A stretch of 64,000 nucleotides of DNA from Octopus vulgaris (GCA_951406725.2 OX597824.1:84010001-84074000); one strand, 5' to 3'. Numbered from the stretch's first letter, positions 1-14,800 are shown. The notes: generated by a model from the sequence alone, not told the origin. Numbers and translations are program-made.

Positions 1-3000
1 TGGCCCTCATGCAACCATTGGAAGTTTAATCCAATCACCATTTTCAACTAGTATATTCTTTCCTACTCTAGGCACAAAGCCCAAATTTTTGGGGAGGGGG
101 CCAGTCAATTAGATCAACCCCAGTATGCAACTGGTACTTAATTTATTGACCTTGAAAGATGAAAGGCAAAGTCGACCTCAGTGGAATTTGAACTCAGAAT
201 GTAAAGACAGACGAAATATTGCTAAGCATTTTGCCCGGCATGCTAATGTTCTTGCCAGCTTACTGCCTTTTTCAACCAGTATATCGGATCAATCAGAGTT
301 CAGTACCTCACAACCAGCTACTATTAGTTATATAAGCAGAAGTCAAAGCTGTTTTTCTCTGTGTCTTTGTTCAGCAGCAGCTGCCAGAAGGAACTGTTTT
401 GTTTCCAACCTTTCTTTGGTACCTCAACCCAGATCAATCTGTCTAGTCTTTCATTTTGGTCACTCTCAGACCAACAAAGCAGTGGAATCATTTTCAGATA
501 GTCTTATCTTTCATCTTTCACTTGTTTCAGTCACTAGACTTTGGCTATGTTGGGGCACTGCCTTGAAGAGTTTTTAGTTGATCAAATTGACCCCTGTACT
601 TCTTTTTCAAGTATAATACTTATTCTGTTAGTCTTTTTTTGCCAAACTGCTAAGGTACAGGGACATAAACAAACCAACTCCAGCTGTCAAGCAGTGGGGG
701 AGAGGGATAAACACAGGCACAAACACACACACACACACATGTATATATTCAAAGGGCTTCTTTCAGTTTTCATCTGCCAAATCGACTCAGAAGGCTTTGG
801 CCAGCCTGAAGCTATAGTAGAAGACACTTGTCCAAGATGCCACACAGTGGAACTGAACCCAGAGCCATATGGTTAGGAAGCGAGTTTCTTACCATCAAGC
901 CATATTTGTGCCTGTGATAGTCTTAAGATATTTCAGTTGAACGAGGCATTGATTTACATTTGTCTAATTCTACCTGTTTACAAACCATATATATTGATTT
1001 CCATTTTTTCTTTCATCTCATCAACATTCCCTGTTCATGCTACACATTTGATCCAAAAGAACTCCATTTCCTGAACATATACATAACACTATTTTTCCCC
1101 GTACATTTATCACAAAATTTGGTTTCATAAATGTTGTCTTCAAAAATTCTTACTTTTCTCTTTAGGAATTACTGTACAGTTTAACTTATTAGGATTTAGA
1201 CCAGCCATAATCAGCCCCAATATTCTATGTATTTTATGCTATGCTAAAACTAACCAGATCCAACCCCTCACACCTCCCTTACAATGTCATTCTAAAAATA
1301 TAGTTACATCATCGAAATCTAGAAGCTACAAGGCAATGCAAAATTAATTCTAAACAACAAATAAATAAGCATTATATTCCTTTACACTTGAACCGTTCAT
1401 CATTTGACATAAGATCTTCCTCCTCCAATGCCCCCTCTCCTCTCAAAGGATCTATGTCTTTGTCTTCCAAAGACCCCCTCTTCTCTCAAAGAATCTTTGT
1501 CTTGTAAGTTATTTGGTGTCCCTGTCAATGTTGATGCCACACAAAAAGCATCCTGTCCACACTGTAAAGTAGTTGGTATTTGGAAGGGCATCCAGCTGTA
1601 AAAACCAAGCCAAAATTGACCTCACCTGTGCTGGTGCCATGTAAAGAGCACTCAGCCCACTCTGCCAGGTGGTTGGTGTGGGCTCCTGCCAGCCCAGTCC
1701 CTGTTAAATCATCTAATCCATGCCAGCGTGGAAGGGGGATGTTAAATGACACTGCTGCTGCTGTTGAGTGGTCCGAAACGTGGTCCTATGCTATTTGTAA
1801 GACCCGCAGAAGAGAAAGCAGGTCAACCCCCGACACCGAGAGCATCGACGGATGGATGAATGTGCATCCAGGCTCAGCGGTTGTGTAGGAAGTCGGGGAC
1901 AGGAAAGAGTGAGAGAAAGTTGGAGCGAAAGAGTACAACAGGGGTCACCACCACCCCTGCCGTAGCCTCGTGGAGCTTTAGGTGTTTTCACTCAATAAAC
2001 ACACACAACGCCCGGTCTGGGAATCAAAACCGTGATCCTCCAACCGTGAGTCCACTGCCCTAACCACTGGGCCATTGCGCCTCCACTGCTGTTGCTGATG
2101 ATGATGATGATTTCACTAAGAAAGCTGAAGGCTGAAGGGTTAAACAATACAGGTTTGAATGATATAATAATTTATCCATCCATCTACTCTACCCATTATT
2201 CTTAAGAGGTTCATGGGGTAGAGTCCTCAGGGACATGACCCATAAGGTCCTGTCTGAAGCAGCCATCATTACAATTTCTGGCCTGTGTTCCTAAGTATGG
2301 TAAAATGAGACCATGACTATTATCCAACCATCTCATTGTCCAGCAAGATGTCAGAATCATTAGCACACTGGTATATTGTCAGACTTCAAAACCTGTTGGC
2401 CTAAGACCTCTTCAGCATATTTTAAAGAGGTCTAAGGACTCTTAGGCTTTGGGGTCTGATGATACACCATAAGGTTAAACCCTTTATGGATGGGAAACCC
2501 AGGGTAATCCCATAAACTGGCATTCCCCAGTAAAATACATATATATATAGGCGCAGGAGTGGCTGTGTGGTAAATAGCTTGCTTACGATCCACAAGGTTC
2601 CGGGTTCAGTCCCACTGCGTGGCACCTTGGGCATTGTCTTGTACTAAAGCCTGGGGCCGACCAAAACCTTGTGAGTGAATTTGGAAACTGAAAGAAGCCC
2701 GTCGTATATATGTGTGTATATATGCATGTGTGTGTGTATGTGTTTGTGTGTCTGTGTTTGTCCCCCTAACATCGCTTGACAACCGATGCTAGTGTGTTTA
2801 TGTCCCCGTAACTTAGTGGTTCAACAATAGGTTCTGATAGAATAAGTACTAGGCTTACAAAGAATAAGTCCTGGGGTGGATTTTTTTGACAAAAGGTGGT
2901 GCTCCAGCATGGCCACAGTCAAATGACTGAAACAAGTAAAAAGAAAAAGAATATATATAACACACACGGGTGGCACGTAAAAAGCACCCACTACACTCAC

Positions 3001-3849
3001 GGAGTGGTTGGCGTTAGGAAGGGCATCCAGCCGTAGAAACACTGCCGGATTTGACTGGGCCTGATGAAGCCTTCTGGCTTCACAGACCCCTGTAGAACCG
3101 TCCAACCCATGCTAGCATGGAAAGCGGACGCTAAACGATGATGATGATGATGATGATGACACAATGAACTTCCACATGGTTTCTGTCTACCAAATTCACT
3201 CGCAAGGCATTGGTTGGCTTAGCGCCATGGTAGAAGACATTTGCCCAAGGTGCTGTGCAGTGGGGTTGAACCGGAAACCATGTGGCTGCAAAGCAAGCTT
3301 CTGAACCACGCAAACATGCCTGTGCCTCTCACATCTCTCTCTTCTCCCAACCCACAAGCCCACAGGCTGTGCATTTCATTAGCAATCTGATCATGAAGGG
3401 GTTAGATTAAACGGGGTCAACACGATAGTTTCCAACCTGCCATGTTTAATCTTAATTTATTAACAAGGAGTGGCTCAGCTTCTCTCTTCCTTCCCTGTTT
3501 TGTGTTTTTTGTTCTTGTTTTTGTTTTTGTTTTTTTGTTGTTTTTTTTCGTAATTCTATGTTAATTCATCAATACTATGTGATTGATTTATCAGATTTTA
3601 GATGAAGGATCAAGCAGAAGCACATCGTTTTAGCTAAATTACCAGTTCTGTTTCACCCTTCGTCCCTGACTAGAAAGAATTATCATCACCATCAATACGA
3701 GTACCTGCGAATCTTGCCAGTCTGTTATTACTGTCTAAATACTGTGCTGCACCCTCCTTTCTTCTTTCTACTCAAACAACACTCTTCATGGAACGCACAC
3801 ACACACACACTCACTATAAACATTATATATACAGACAACTACCAGGTTG

Positions 3850-5030
3850 TGTACATGTGTGTGTATGTATGTATGTGGGTGTGTGTGTGTGTAGCTCTGT
3901 CTATGATTGCATGCGTGTGTTTGTGTGTGTGTGTGTGTGTGGTTGTAGTTTGATCTGTAGCTAAGTCTTTGACTTGATGTATAGCTGTGTCAATGATTGT
4001 GTGGTTGTGTCTGTGTGTGTGCATTTATCTGATTATGAATGTGTTGTGTGTGTGTGTATGTGTGTGTGTGTGTGTGTCTTTGGTTGTAGCTGTGTATATA
4101 GCCTATGTTTGTGGTTATGTGTGTGTTCATCCCTGGTTGTGGTTGTGCGTGTGTGTCTACGATTGTATATGTATGTGTGTGTGGTTGTAGTTGTGTATGT
4201 GGTCAACGTCTGTGGCTGTTTGCGTATGCATCTCTGGTTGTGTGTGTGTGTGTGTTTATGATTGTATGTGGTCAACGTTTGTGATTGTGTGTATATGCAT
4301 CTCTGGTTGTGTGTGTGAGTGTGTGTGTGTGTCTTTGGTTGTAGCTGTGTGTGTGTGTCTTTGGTTGTAGCTGTGTGTGTGTGTGTGTGTCTTTGGTTGT
4401 AGCTGTGTGTGTGTGTGTGTGTCTTTGGTTGTAGCTGTGTATAGAGTGTATGTTTGTGGCTATGTGTGTATTGATTCCAGGTTGTGGGTGTGCGTGTGTG
4501 TGTCTATGATTGTGTATGTATGTGTCTGTGGTTGTAGTTGTGTATGTGGCCAACGTCTGTGGCTGTTTGCGTATGCATCTCTGGTTGTGTGTGTGTGTGT
4601 GTTTATGATTGTGTATATATGTGTCTGTGGTTGTAGTTGTGTATGTGTGCGTGTGTCTGGTTGTAGCTGTGTATGTAGTCTATGTTTGTAGCTATATATG
4701 TTTATGCTATCCTTAGTTGTGGTTGTATGTGTGTCTATGATTGTATGTGGTCAACGTTTGTGGCTGTGTGTATATACATCTCTGGTTGTGTGTGTGTGTG
4801 TGTCTGTTTTAGCTGTATACATAGTCCATGTGCGTGGCTATGTGTTTATGCAATCTGTGGTTGTGTGTGTGTGTGTGTGTGTGTGTGTCAGTGGTTGCAG
4901 TTATGTATGTGTGTGTGTACAGTTCTACCTATATCTGCAGCTGTCTTAGTGTGTCTACATGTGGTTCTTACTGTATGTATCTGTTTATGTTTGGGTATGA
5001 ATGTATGCTTCTAATTGTATCTGTATATGT
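3850..5030. repeat. (GT)-rich compound minisatellite
   Basis: (GT)n runs with recurring ggttgtagctgtgt and gtggtcaacgt.tgtggctgt blocks. Confidence 0.9.
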
Positions 5031-5762
5031 GTTTTTGTTACACACCGGGGTCAGCTAAGTTCAGTCTTTATGCAACTAATCAGCCATTTTGATGGCTGGC
5101 TGGTTGGTTGGCCGGTTGGCTGGCTGGCTGGCTGGCCGGCTGGCTGGCCAGTTGGTTGGTTGGTTCATTGGCTGATTGTTATTTCATCCTGTTGTGATCA
5201 TCTTTGGCACTTGTTGTTGGTGGTGGTGGTGGTGTTTAGCCCAGGCCAGTCTTAATTGAGCATATCTGTGACCAAAGGCAATCCAACCATGACCACCGTG
5301 TCTTTTATACAAGTGTCTTAAATCATCATCATCCACATCATTATCATCGTCATCAACGTCGTCATCATCAACATCGTCATCGTCGTCATCATCACCACCA
5401 CCATTGTCATCACCATTATCATTGTTTTAATGTCCACTTTCCCATGCCTGCAGAGGTTGGATGGAATTCATTGAGGTGAATTTTCTAAGGTCAGATACCT
5501 TTCCTGTTGCTAACCTTTGCTTGTTTCCAAGAAAGGTAACATTCCTCTATGACCAGTTATGTTTGCATGGAAAACCAGAAGAGAATGAAACTGTTAGCAT
5601 GAAGTCAAGGCAAAGAGACTAAAACACACACATACACACTTGTACATGTGTGTGTGTGTGTGTATATATATACTTTTTCAATTCCTGAGCATTATACTAA
5701 TACATCTGTTTGTTTTCTACACCACCTGTCTTCATCTTTTGGGGTTTTTTTTGTGAATTCTC

Positions 5763-5792
5763 CATATATATATACATATATATATACATATG

Positions 5793-5839
<47 letters not shown>

Positions 5840-6715
5840 GTATATATATATATATACGCGCATACACATGCATGACAAACACCCATACACTCACACTCAC
5901 GCACACACCAACATAAACACGCACACACACACACCTACACTCCCACACACATACATACGCACCTACATACACACACGCATGCATACACACGCACACACAC
6001 GCATACACACATACATTACACACATACCTACATACACATGCATACACACACACACACAAACATGCACGGACACACCCAGACATACATACATACACCTATA
6101 TACACACGCCCACACACCTACATACACACACATACATACACACACATACACGGACACACCCATACATACTTACATACATACACCTATACACACACGCCTA
6201 CACACCTACATACACACACATGCATACACACACACACATGTACGCACATACACACACATATACGCACATACATATATACCCACACACATGCACACACACA
6301 CACATACGCACATGCATGCATGCATGCATGCATGCACACGCGCACACCTACACGCATACACACACACACACGCACGTACACATACATACATACACACACA
6401 CATACATACACCCATACACATACATGCATCCTACACACACATACATACACACTCACACATACATACACACACACACACTCACTCACACACCTGTATGTAC
6501 GCGCACACACATGCACATACACACACTTCCACACACCCACACGTACATACATACACACTCATACACATGCACACACACACACGGACATACATCTATGCAC
6601 ACACATATATACACACATACTCACATACATTCATCGGACACACTGACACCCAGACATACACACAGACACACTCACACATCCACACACATACATACTTACG
6701 CGCATACTCGCAGGC
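5763..6715. repeat. (TA)n followed by a degenerate (CA/CATA)n tract
   Basis: Directly visible; source of the spurious 526-aa H/T/Y-rich ORF. Confidence 0.95.
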
Positions 6716-7440
6716 GCACGCTTGCGCCGGTTCGCGCACGCATACGCGCTGCATGCACCTCGCTCTTGGACCCGACGAGACCTCCCGCTCGTTCCTGGGA
6801 CCGTCGCCTGTCGTTGGGTTCTCCCACGCCCGTCTCCGCGGGACCACTCTTCCATCTTCCCCTCAGCTGGAGTCCTTTTTCCTTAACCCCCCCCCTTTTT
6901 GTTACACACACGCGCACACATACACACACCCACGCACACACACATATTGCTTAAATATATACATTACTCTTACACACATTCAAATCTACTCGCCATTAAT
7001 ACTACCACGACACTGGACACACACACACACTACTACTCAACACACGCTGGCACGCTACATACGCCCCCACCCCTTCCCCTCCCTCCCTTCCTCCTTCCTT
7101 CATTTTCTTACTACTGACCACTGTCTGCTATGCCTACTACTGTCTCGCCCTACCTCACACGCCTACACACAGACGCACACACTAACACATACATATATTT
7201 TTTGTTTTTTTATCTCGCCTCACACACACATACACACACGCACACGCACACACTCACACATACACACACATCTGTTGCGTTACCAACCCTGTCTCCACTC
7301 TTTTGGCTTTAAAAACCTACTTTGCTCTTGTTATCGTAAACTTCCGCCTTTCACCATGTGTACTTCGTAAACACCAGTCGTTTTTTTCTCTATCTCCTGT
7401 TGCCCACTTTGGGATCTTTCTTTCCTCTCTCTTCCTTCTT

Positions 7441-7477
7441 TATGTTTCCGACGAAGAGCTCCGCTCGAAACGTCATA
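7441..7477 (+). ncRNA. Minimal hammerhead-like motif (variant core)
   Basis: CCGACGA-A-GAGC-TCC-GCTC-GAAA-CGTC. The core has C instead of U at CUGA; stem II is 4 bp; palindromic ACGT replaces stem III; stem I is weak. Confidence 0.5.
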
Positions 7478-8788
7478 CCTTCCTGCTTCCATATTTCCTG
7501 AGCGCCTATTAATAATAATACTGTAATTGTTCCACTGTTGTTGTTTTTTTTGTTTTCCCGTTTGGATTAAAATTATATATATATATATATATATGGAGAG
7601 AGAGAGAGGGAATGGCTGGATGAATGGACACATGGACTGTGGCTTTCATTCAGTTTCTGAATACCAACTCCACATTCAAGGCTTTGGTTAGCCCAGGGCT
7701 CTAGAAAATACACACTAAAGGCACCATACAATGGGACCAAACCCAAAACCATGTGGTTGAGAAGCAAACATCTTACCACATATCATCATCATCATCATCA
7801 TCATCAGTCTTCTGTGCTGGCATGGCTGGATGGTTTGAGACGACCCAACAAGTTGAAGGACTGCATTGTGCTTCAGTGTCTGTTTTGGTGTGGTTTCTAC
7901 TGCTGGATGTCCTTCCTAATGCCAACCACTTTAAAGTGTCTACATGGTGCTATTTTGATAACACCCACACTAGTGAGGTTGCCATGTAATTTGCATGACA
8001 GAAAAAGTTTCCTTGAATGTGTGAGGCTGTAGTAGAGAGAAGTGGCTTTATGCTATGTATTTAGAAGCTAAAGTATGATAGAAGGACAGGATTGGATGTT
8101 TTGCTGTATAGGAGATACATAGCTAACCTGCATTATATATGGGTGGATAGGAGTAGCTGGATGGAGATAAATATATTGATAACAGGGTGTTAAAGTATAC
8201 TTGTAGTTTAGTGGTTAGGGTGTTGGACTTATGATCATAAGATTGTGGTTTCAATTCCTGTACCAGGCAACACATTGTGTTCTTGAGCTAAACACTTCAT
8301 TTCACATTGCCTCAGTCCACTCAGCTGGCAAAAATGAGTAATCCTGCAATGGACTGGTGTCCCATCCAGGTGAGGAATATATACGCCATGGAAACAGAGA
8401 TTGCTCCTTACGAGTCGGTATGACTCCAAAAGGAAACCGTTTTTTATAGGTTAAAGAATACTCTGTGTGTACAAGGTGATGAGTATAAGAGAAAATACAG
8501 ACTGAGACTCAGGAGGGCTGGGTGGATAAGTTTCACAGAAATGTGATTGGTGAAGAACACATGGTTAGCTGATGATAACTGACGGTAGGGGTGGGCAAAA
8601 GAAATAGGAGTGGCTCAGAAAGGAGGCAGTGACAAGTGACATTAGAGGAAGAGTGGAGAGCAGCAATATGATAAAACTAGGTGGATCAGAAAATAGAGAG
8701 ATTATATCTAGTGAAAGAGTGGGAGGGGAGTGATATGTACAGTGAAAGAGATGATGGTTAGAGGTATGTAAGAGTGGTTACAATGAGT

Positions 8789-9172
8789 GGAGGCGCAATG
8801 CCCCAGTGGTTAGGGCAGCGGACTCGCGGTCGTAGGATCGCGGTTTCGATTCCCAGACCGGGCGTTATGAGTGTTTATTGAGTGAAAACACCTAAAGCTC
8901 CACGAGGCTCCGGCAGGGATGGTGGTGATCCCTGCTGTACTCTTTCACCACAACTTTCTCTCACCCTTACTTCCTGTTTCTGTTGTACCTGTATTTCAAA
9001 GGGCCGGCCTTGTCACTCTCTGTGTCACGCTGAATATCCCCGAGAACTACGTTAAAGGTACACGTGTCTGTGGAGTGCTCAGCCACTTACACGTTAATTT
9101 CACGAGCAGGCTGTTCCGTTGATCGGATCAACCGGAACCCTCGTCGTCGTAACCGACGGAGTGCTTCCATCC
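8789..9172 (+). mobile_element. tRNA-derived SINE family A, full length with TSD
   Basis: tRNA-like head ggaggcgcaatg.cccagtggttagggcagcggactcgcggtcgtaggatcgcggtttcgattccc; TSD acaatgagt at 8780-8788 and 9173-9181; near-identical copies elsewhere in the window. Confidence 0.9.
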
Positions 9173-9569
9173 ACAATGAGTAAGGAACAAATGTAGGAGT
9201 GTTGACAGTGGATATAAGAGGGTGTTAAAGATGAGGAATGGCAGTCCTAAGCTGTTGCTCAGAGGAGGAGGAGGAGAGATTAATGGAGGAAAATTAAGTG
9301 AGATGAGATGATAGGATGGATGTTAAAAGGAAGTGGTTCTATGGAATGGGGTAGCTAACTTGTAGCACAAAATGAAATGAAATATTTACAGATTTTGCTG
9401 TCGTGTGATTACAGCAGCTGAATAGCATTATAAGTTAGAGGAGTGATGAAAGGATATATGTTAGAGATTTACCCATCCAACACACACCAGATAAGAAAAG
9501 CAAAAGTAATATGATTATCCATCTCTGTACACACGCACTTGCATGTGCACACACACACACACATGCACT

Positions 9570-9890
9570 GCCTAAATACCAATCTTCAGAAATAAGGCTT
9601 CTCTAATCCAGAAAGGAATAAGCTGATTCAAAGACTGCAGATTCAAGCCATCAATGGAACTGTAAAACTCTGTAAAACTTTCCAGAAGTTTATCATTTAA
9701 GCATATATGAGCATGTCTATATATGCATGAGAATACATACATAAAACAAAACATCCAAATCTGCACACATACATACATTCCCTGTTGATGATGTTGAAAT
9801 TCCAATGAAGGTGCCTTGGATCTAGGATAGAGACTGGCTCTTTCTCTGTTGGCAAGAAATCTTGAAATAAGACTGAATAATGACATAAAA
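9570..9890 (+). mobile_element. RLE-type (R4/Dong-like) non-LTR retrotransposon C-terminus and 3' UTR; a UTR-only copy sits at about 25675-25820 inside (CATA)n
   Basis: LNTNLQK*GFSNPERNKLIQRLQIQAINGTVKLCKTFQKFII* resembles RLE ORF ends; the shared UTR tgttgaaattcca..agg.gccttggatctagg..ttggcaagaaat.ttgaaataa..ctgaataatg is in both copies. Clade call is from memory. Confidence 0.6.
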
Positions 9891-10124
9891 AACCTCAAAG
9901 TCTTTCATGAGCTATAGACTCATAAGATCAGTTTCCTAGATTCTGTGATATATACATTCCCCACCTTGGACTGGACGCTGTTCCTTTTACTGCTGACTGG
10001 ACTGGAGCAAGATGAACTGAAGTGTTTTGTTCAAGAACACAACACATCACCTGGTGCAGGAATGGAAACCACAATCTTACAATCACGAGTACAACAACCT
10101 AACCACTAAGCCACATGACTCCAC

Positions 10125-10760
10125 ATGAAGATAGTGATGAAGACAGATTAAGTGCAGAGCAAGGCCCAGTGAGTGTATAGGCATAAACATAATGTTTTTA
10201 AGACCTTGCATTCTCTGTGACCGCTGGATTTTCTCAATCACTGCAAATTACCAATGATCTCAACACATAGCCATCTCGTCCTTGATGCTCAACATCCTGA
10301 GATGAGCCTTCCCTACATCATCTCGTGTATTCCTGGGTCTCCCTCTTCCACAAATTCCATCCACTTTAAACGATCAGCACTTCTTTGTACAGCTGTTCTC
10401 ATGGCCGTTCAAGAATTTGGACCAGGAGATCTCCATTTCCAGCGACTTCGAGGGCCACCTCCCAGTGGTGTCAGACGTCAACGAAGAGCCCTCGACTACA
10501 ATAAGACGACCAAAGTTTGTTTTTTTTTCCAAGGTTTGGGGTCTCCTGCCCCTAAGCCCTACCATCACCTAATCACCCTTACCCATCTTGTTGCTTAACA
10601 ACAACAACAACAGCTGTTCTCATGTGTACACATCACATGACCATTCCATACCAGTACAGTCTCCTCTCTTACACACTACATATGATTCCTCTTATGCCCA
10701 ATTCTCCTTTCAACATATTTGAACTTTTGTCATACATGACTCACAGCCATGTCTGAAATA
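10125..10760 (-). mobile_element. Old RTE-like LINE 3' remnant, interrupted by a younger insertion
   Basis: Minus-strand translation LGIRGIICSV*ERRLYWYG...SCTKKC*SFKVDGICGRGRPR resembles the RTE RT C-terminus (RRLRWYGHV; GRGRP.KTW). Confidence 0.7.
10404..10609 (+). mobile_element. Short, probably 5'-truncated retroposon with (CAA)n tail and 15-bp TSD
   Basis: acagctgttctcatg at 10389-10403 and 10610-10624; 3' end ttaacaacaacaacaac. Confidence 0.8.
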
Positions 10761-11291
10761 TTTTTGAGTATTTTTTTCTTTTCTTTTTTGTTGTATGAAT
10801 GAATTATAGTGAATACAGGGAAATGGTTTGCTGACGTTAGTGGAGTGTAGAATTATGCATGTTGATAGCATCATGCATTTTCTGTATCAGGTTAACAAGT
10901 GGAAGGGTTTGAAACCTTGTTGGGATTCAGAGGGAGAATTGTCAATCTGATAAGGAAGCCTTTACCCTCGACTTGCAAACAACTGCAACGAAATCTTCCT
11001 CAAATTCTACCATATTGTATTATATAGGGTTAAATGCACAGAATAAATACTGACTTGGTGGTGGTGGTGGTGGTTGGTCATATGGTGGTGATGGTCTTAG
11101 TAATGATGTTGGTTGTTGGTTTTGGTGATGAGGATGGCAGTTGTGATGGTGGTATTTATGATGATGACGCTGATGTTGGCAATAGTGGTGGTGGTGGTGG
11201 TGGTAATATAATTTATTAATGTAATATATAATAACTGTATTAAGTGTCCATACACACAGCCTCTCTCCCTCTGTCTCCCCCTTTCTCTCTC

Positions 11292-11294
<3 letters not shown>

Positions 11295-11331
<37 letters not shown>

Positions 11332-12196
11332 CACATACACACACACTCACGCACACATTATATATATATATATATACGTATGTATGTATATACATATGTA
11401 TATATATATATATGCACATATTTATAAATACATATATATATAAATATATACATATATATATAAATATATACATATATATATATATATACATATACACATA
11501 TATATATATACATATATTTATAGACACTTACATACATATGCAGATATATACACACATATTATATGTATGTATATATGTATCTAATTATTCTCACATTCTC
11601 TTTCCCTTTACGTCTTTCTTTTCTTCTTTTTCTCTCAAATTTTCTCTTTCACTCCTTCTCCTTCACTATTAACCCCCATCTTCATCTTTCCTCGCCTTTT
11701 TATATTCCAGTATCCTTCTTTTTCTTTTTTTAATTTCTCTTTCTCTCTCTCTCTCTTTTCTTTCTGTTTATATCATTCTATCTCTCATACATCTCCATCT
11801 CTGTCTGTCTGTCTGTCTGTCTATTTCCCTCTCGCTCCATCTCTCTGTCTCTCTCTTTCTGATTTCCCCATCTCCCTCACTAATTGCTACAATATTTGTA
11901 ATTGTCATATATACCTCATTAAATGCATACCTCATTCTCTACCCCGCCCCCCACTCCACCATTCACCGTCTGGTTGAAATATTTTTAAAAAATAAGTCTT
12001 TTCAATGTTGATTTGATTGAATTATAATTTATTACAGCTTCGGTGTCTGCACTCACTTATGTATATACAGACATAGGATACATACATACATACATACATA
12101 TATATATATATGATACACACACACACACACATATTATATCTAATATATGATATATATATATGATATATATATGATATATATATATATCATATATAT

Positions 12197-12244
<48 letters not shown>

Positions 12245-12340
12245 ATATATATCATATATATATATCATATATATTATGATATATATTATATATAATATAT
12301 ATGTGTGTGTGTGTACATACACTCATACACACACACCATA
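11295..12340. repeat. Cluster of (TA)n, (CT)n and (CA)n microsatellites
   Basis: Directly visible. Confidence 0.9.
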
Positions 12341-13191
12341 TATATCCTTATTGTCATCCTTTATTGCTATCTACCATTCTCCTTGCCTCTACCCTCTCCT
12401 CTCACTTATTACTGACATCCAGCACTCCCACTTCCATTATTTCTTCTATCATCCCCTTTCCCCCTATCATACTTCCCCAACTTTCTGCTTCTATTCAATC
12501 TCCTTATCAACAATCACCATGTAGCTGTCTATTGCTCCCCCCTCCCCCGCCTTCTCTTTCTGTTTCTTAACTTACATCTCTGTCACCCTTCCATTACTAT
12601 CACCATGGCTCTGTTTCATCTCTCATATGTATATACTATATTATGAGACAGACAACCTCTAATACTGGTGAACCAAGACATGAAGACAGTGCAGAATAGA
12701 TTGGACTCTGCTGGGAAACAGAAAGACAACACATCTGATGCTAGTACAATGATATGATGCACCCAGTACACTCTGTAAAATGGATGGAAGTAACATAGGG
12801 TAGAGAGGACTCACTAGCCTTGCTGGGAACAAGGTAACATCTCTAGTGTTGGCGCTGCATGACATTGCATCCTGGCCATTATCTGTTTAGTGTTTCACAA
12901 ACAAAGACAAAATAGGGTAGAGAAGCACTTTGGTTTTGCCAGGGAACAAGGGAACTTCTCTGGTGCTGATGGAACAACAATATGCACCAATTACACGTTC
13001 TGTAGATTGACTAGTGATATCAAAGGCACCCACCAGGAGACACCTCACACCAAATGGAATGTATGAGTGAGACAGAGTCTCTACTCCCTCTTTTAGGTGA
13101 TGCAGTAATTTTGAATAACAGCCAACTCAGTCCATGATAATCCATCCAACCCATGCCAGATTATAAAAAAAACAAATGTAAAATGATAAAC

Positions 13192-13376
13192 CAGTGCTCC
13201 ACAGCAGGTATGTCACAGCATAGTGGGGTGCCATGAGATGATGCTAGGTATACCACAGTATAACCTGGATATAATTTTTTCCCCCTATACTTTTAGTTAC
13301 ATTTTTAGTTCAGGTGCACCGCTGAATTATGAGAAGAATATAAGTGTACCACAAGTGAAAAAGGTTGCAGAGCACT
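13192..13376. mobile_element. Possible old hAT/Charlie-like MITE
   Basis: Ends cagtgctccacagc ... ggttgcagagcacta are imperfect inverted repeats; no clear TSD. Confidence 0.45.
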
Positions 13377-14512
13377 AATCTATACATAAAAAAATAAAAC
13401 AGATCAGAGGTCCTTCCTTTATTTGTGTTATATATATCACCATCGTTTAATGTCCATCTTCCATGCATGCATGGGTAGCACGATTGACAGGAGCTGGCCA
13501 GGTAGAAGACTACTTCAGGCTACTGTGTCTGTTTTGGCAGTTTTTACAGTTGGATGCCCTTCCTAACACCAACCACTCTGCAGAGTGGACTCAGTGCTTT
13601 TTGAATGGCACTAGCACAGGTGAGGTTAGTTTTGGCATGATTTTTACAGCTGGATGCCTTTCCAAATGCCAACCACTTTACAGTGTGGACTGGATGCTTT
13701 TTACATAAAACAAAACAAAAGTGGACAGTGTACAGTCAGTGATGATAGATCTTACCCTTATATCTGTATCCATGCATAAGGGTCTGATAGTCAACATCAA
13801 AGCTGTTAGATTACTCAGAGATGATTTTTTTCAGTGGTGACGGATGGTTTAGGCCCAACCACATTTTAGGGAAATGCTGACAGCAGAAAGTGGTGCAAAT
13901 GTTTGCCACAAACCCAATGAACAACATACCTCAGGCTTTATATTGGAGTTCTCTGACATACCCTGGTAGGGTGTGTGTCTGGATGCCAAACCAGAATTGC
14001 TAAGTCCTCACACATACGCATATCATGTAAGGGATGGTTGCTGACTCTCTGGAGTTCATCTGCCCTTTGACAGGTCTTGTTTTTGTAGACTGCAACTTGT
14101 TCTAAAACCACCTTACCCACCAAATGAGCTTGGTGGTATTGCCAGTTTAGTCACCAAGATGCCACACATGCAACAGGTTGTACTGGGTTACCTATTACAA
14201 GTAGCACTCAACACTGATCTGACATTTATATATACATTTTACATGTTTCAGTCATTTGACTGTGGCCATGCTGGAGCACCACTAGACTTCCATTGGCTGG
14301 AAGCTCTAGTAGAAGACATTTTTCCAAGGTGCCATGCAGTGGGACTGAATCCAGAACCATGTGGTTGGGAAGCAAGCTTTTTACCACACAGCCATCCTGA
14401 CACCTCTCTCTCTATATATGTATATATACTTTGCAAAGGCAACAGAGTGACTCAAGGGCAAGAGTTTTGTGTGTTAACACCTAACAAATTTATTCTGAAT
14501 TTCCAAACCTCT

Positions 14513-14658
14513 ACATATATATATATATATATAAATATATGTATGTATGTGTATGTATATATATATGTGTGTGTGTGTGTGTATGTATATATATATGTAT
14601 GTATATATAGATACATGTATGTGTATATATATATATATATGTATATATATATGTATAT

Positions 14659-14726
<68 letters not shown>

Positions 14727-14742
14727 TTATATGTATATATAC

Positions 14743-14780
<38 letters not shown>

Positions 14781-14800
14781 TTATATGTATATATACATAT

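Noticed and set aside
3061-3090. CTGATGA-AGCC-TTCT-GGCT hairpin
   Set aside because: No GAAA follows; it is a point-mutated version of ctggtgcagccttctggctt seen in other family C copies.
5790-7370. 526-aa ORF and the many Y/I/H/T/C/V-rich ORFs (e.g. 14159-15046, 35210-35985, 54213-54634, 61817-62357)
   Set aside because: Translations of stop-free (TA)n, (CA)n, (GT)n and (ATY)n repeats; no domain, splice or codon evidence.
8789-8865. tRNA genes at SINE heads
   Set aside because: A/B boxes are present but there is no proper acceptor stem, and each head continues into a SINE body with TSDs.
9800-9845. ccaatgaagg.gcct..agg.tagagactggctc in the RLE 3' UTR as a hammerhead variant
   Set aside because: Neither copy (9800 or 25735) has CUGANGA or an intact GAAA; cannot be supported without a consensus.
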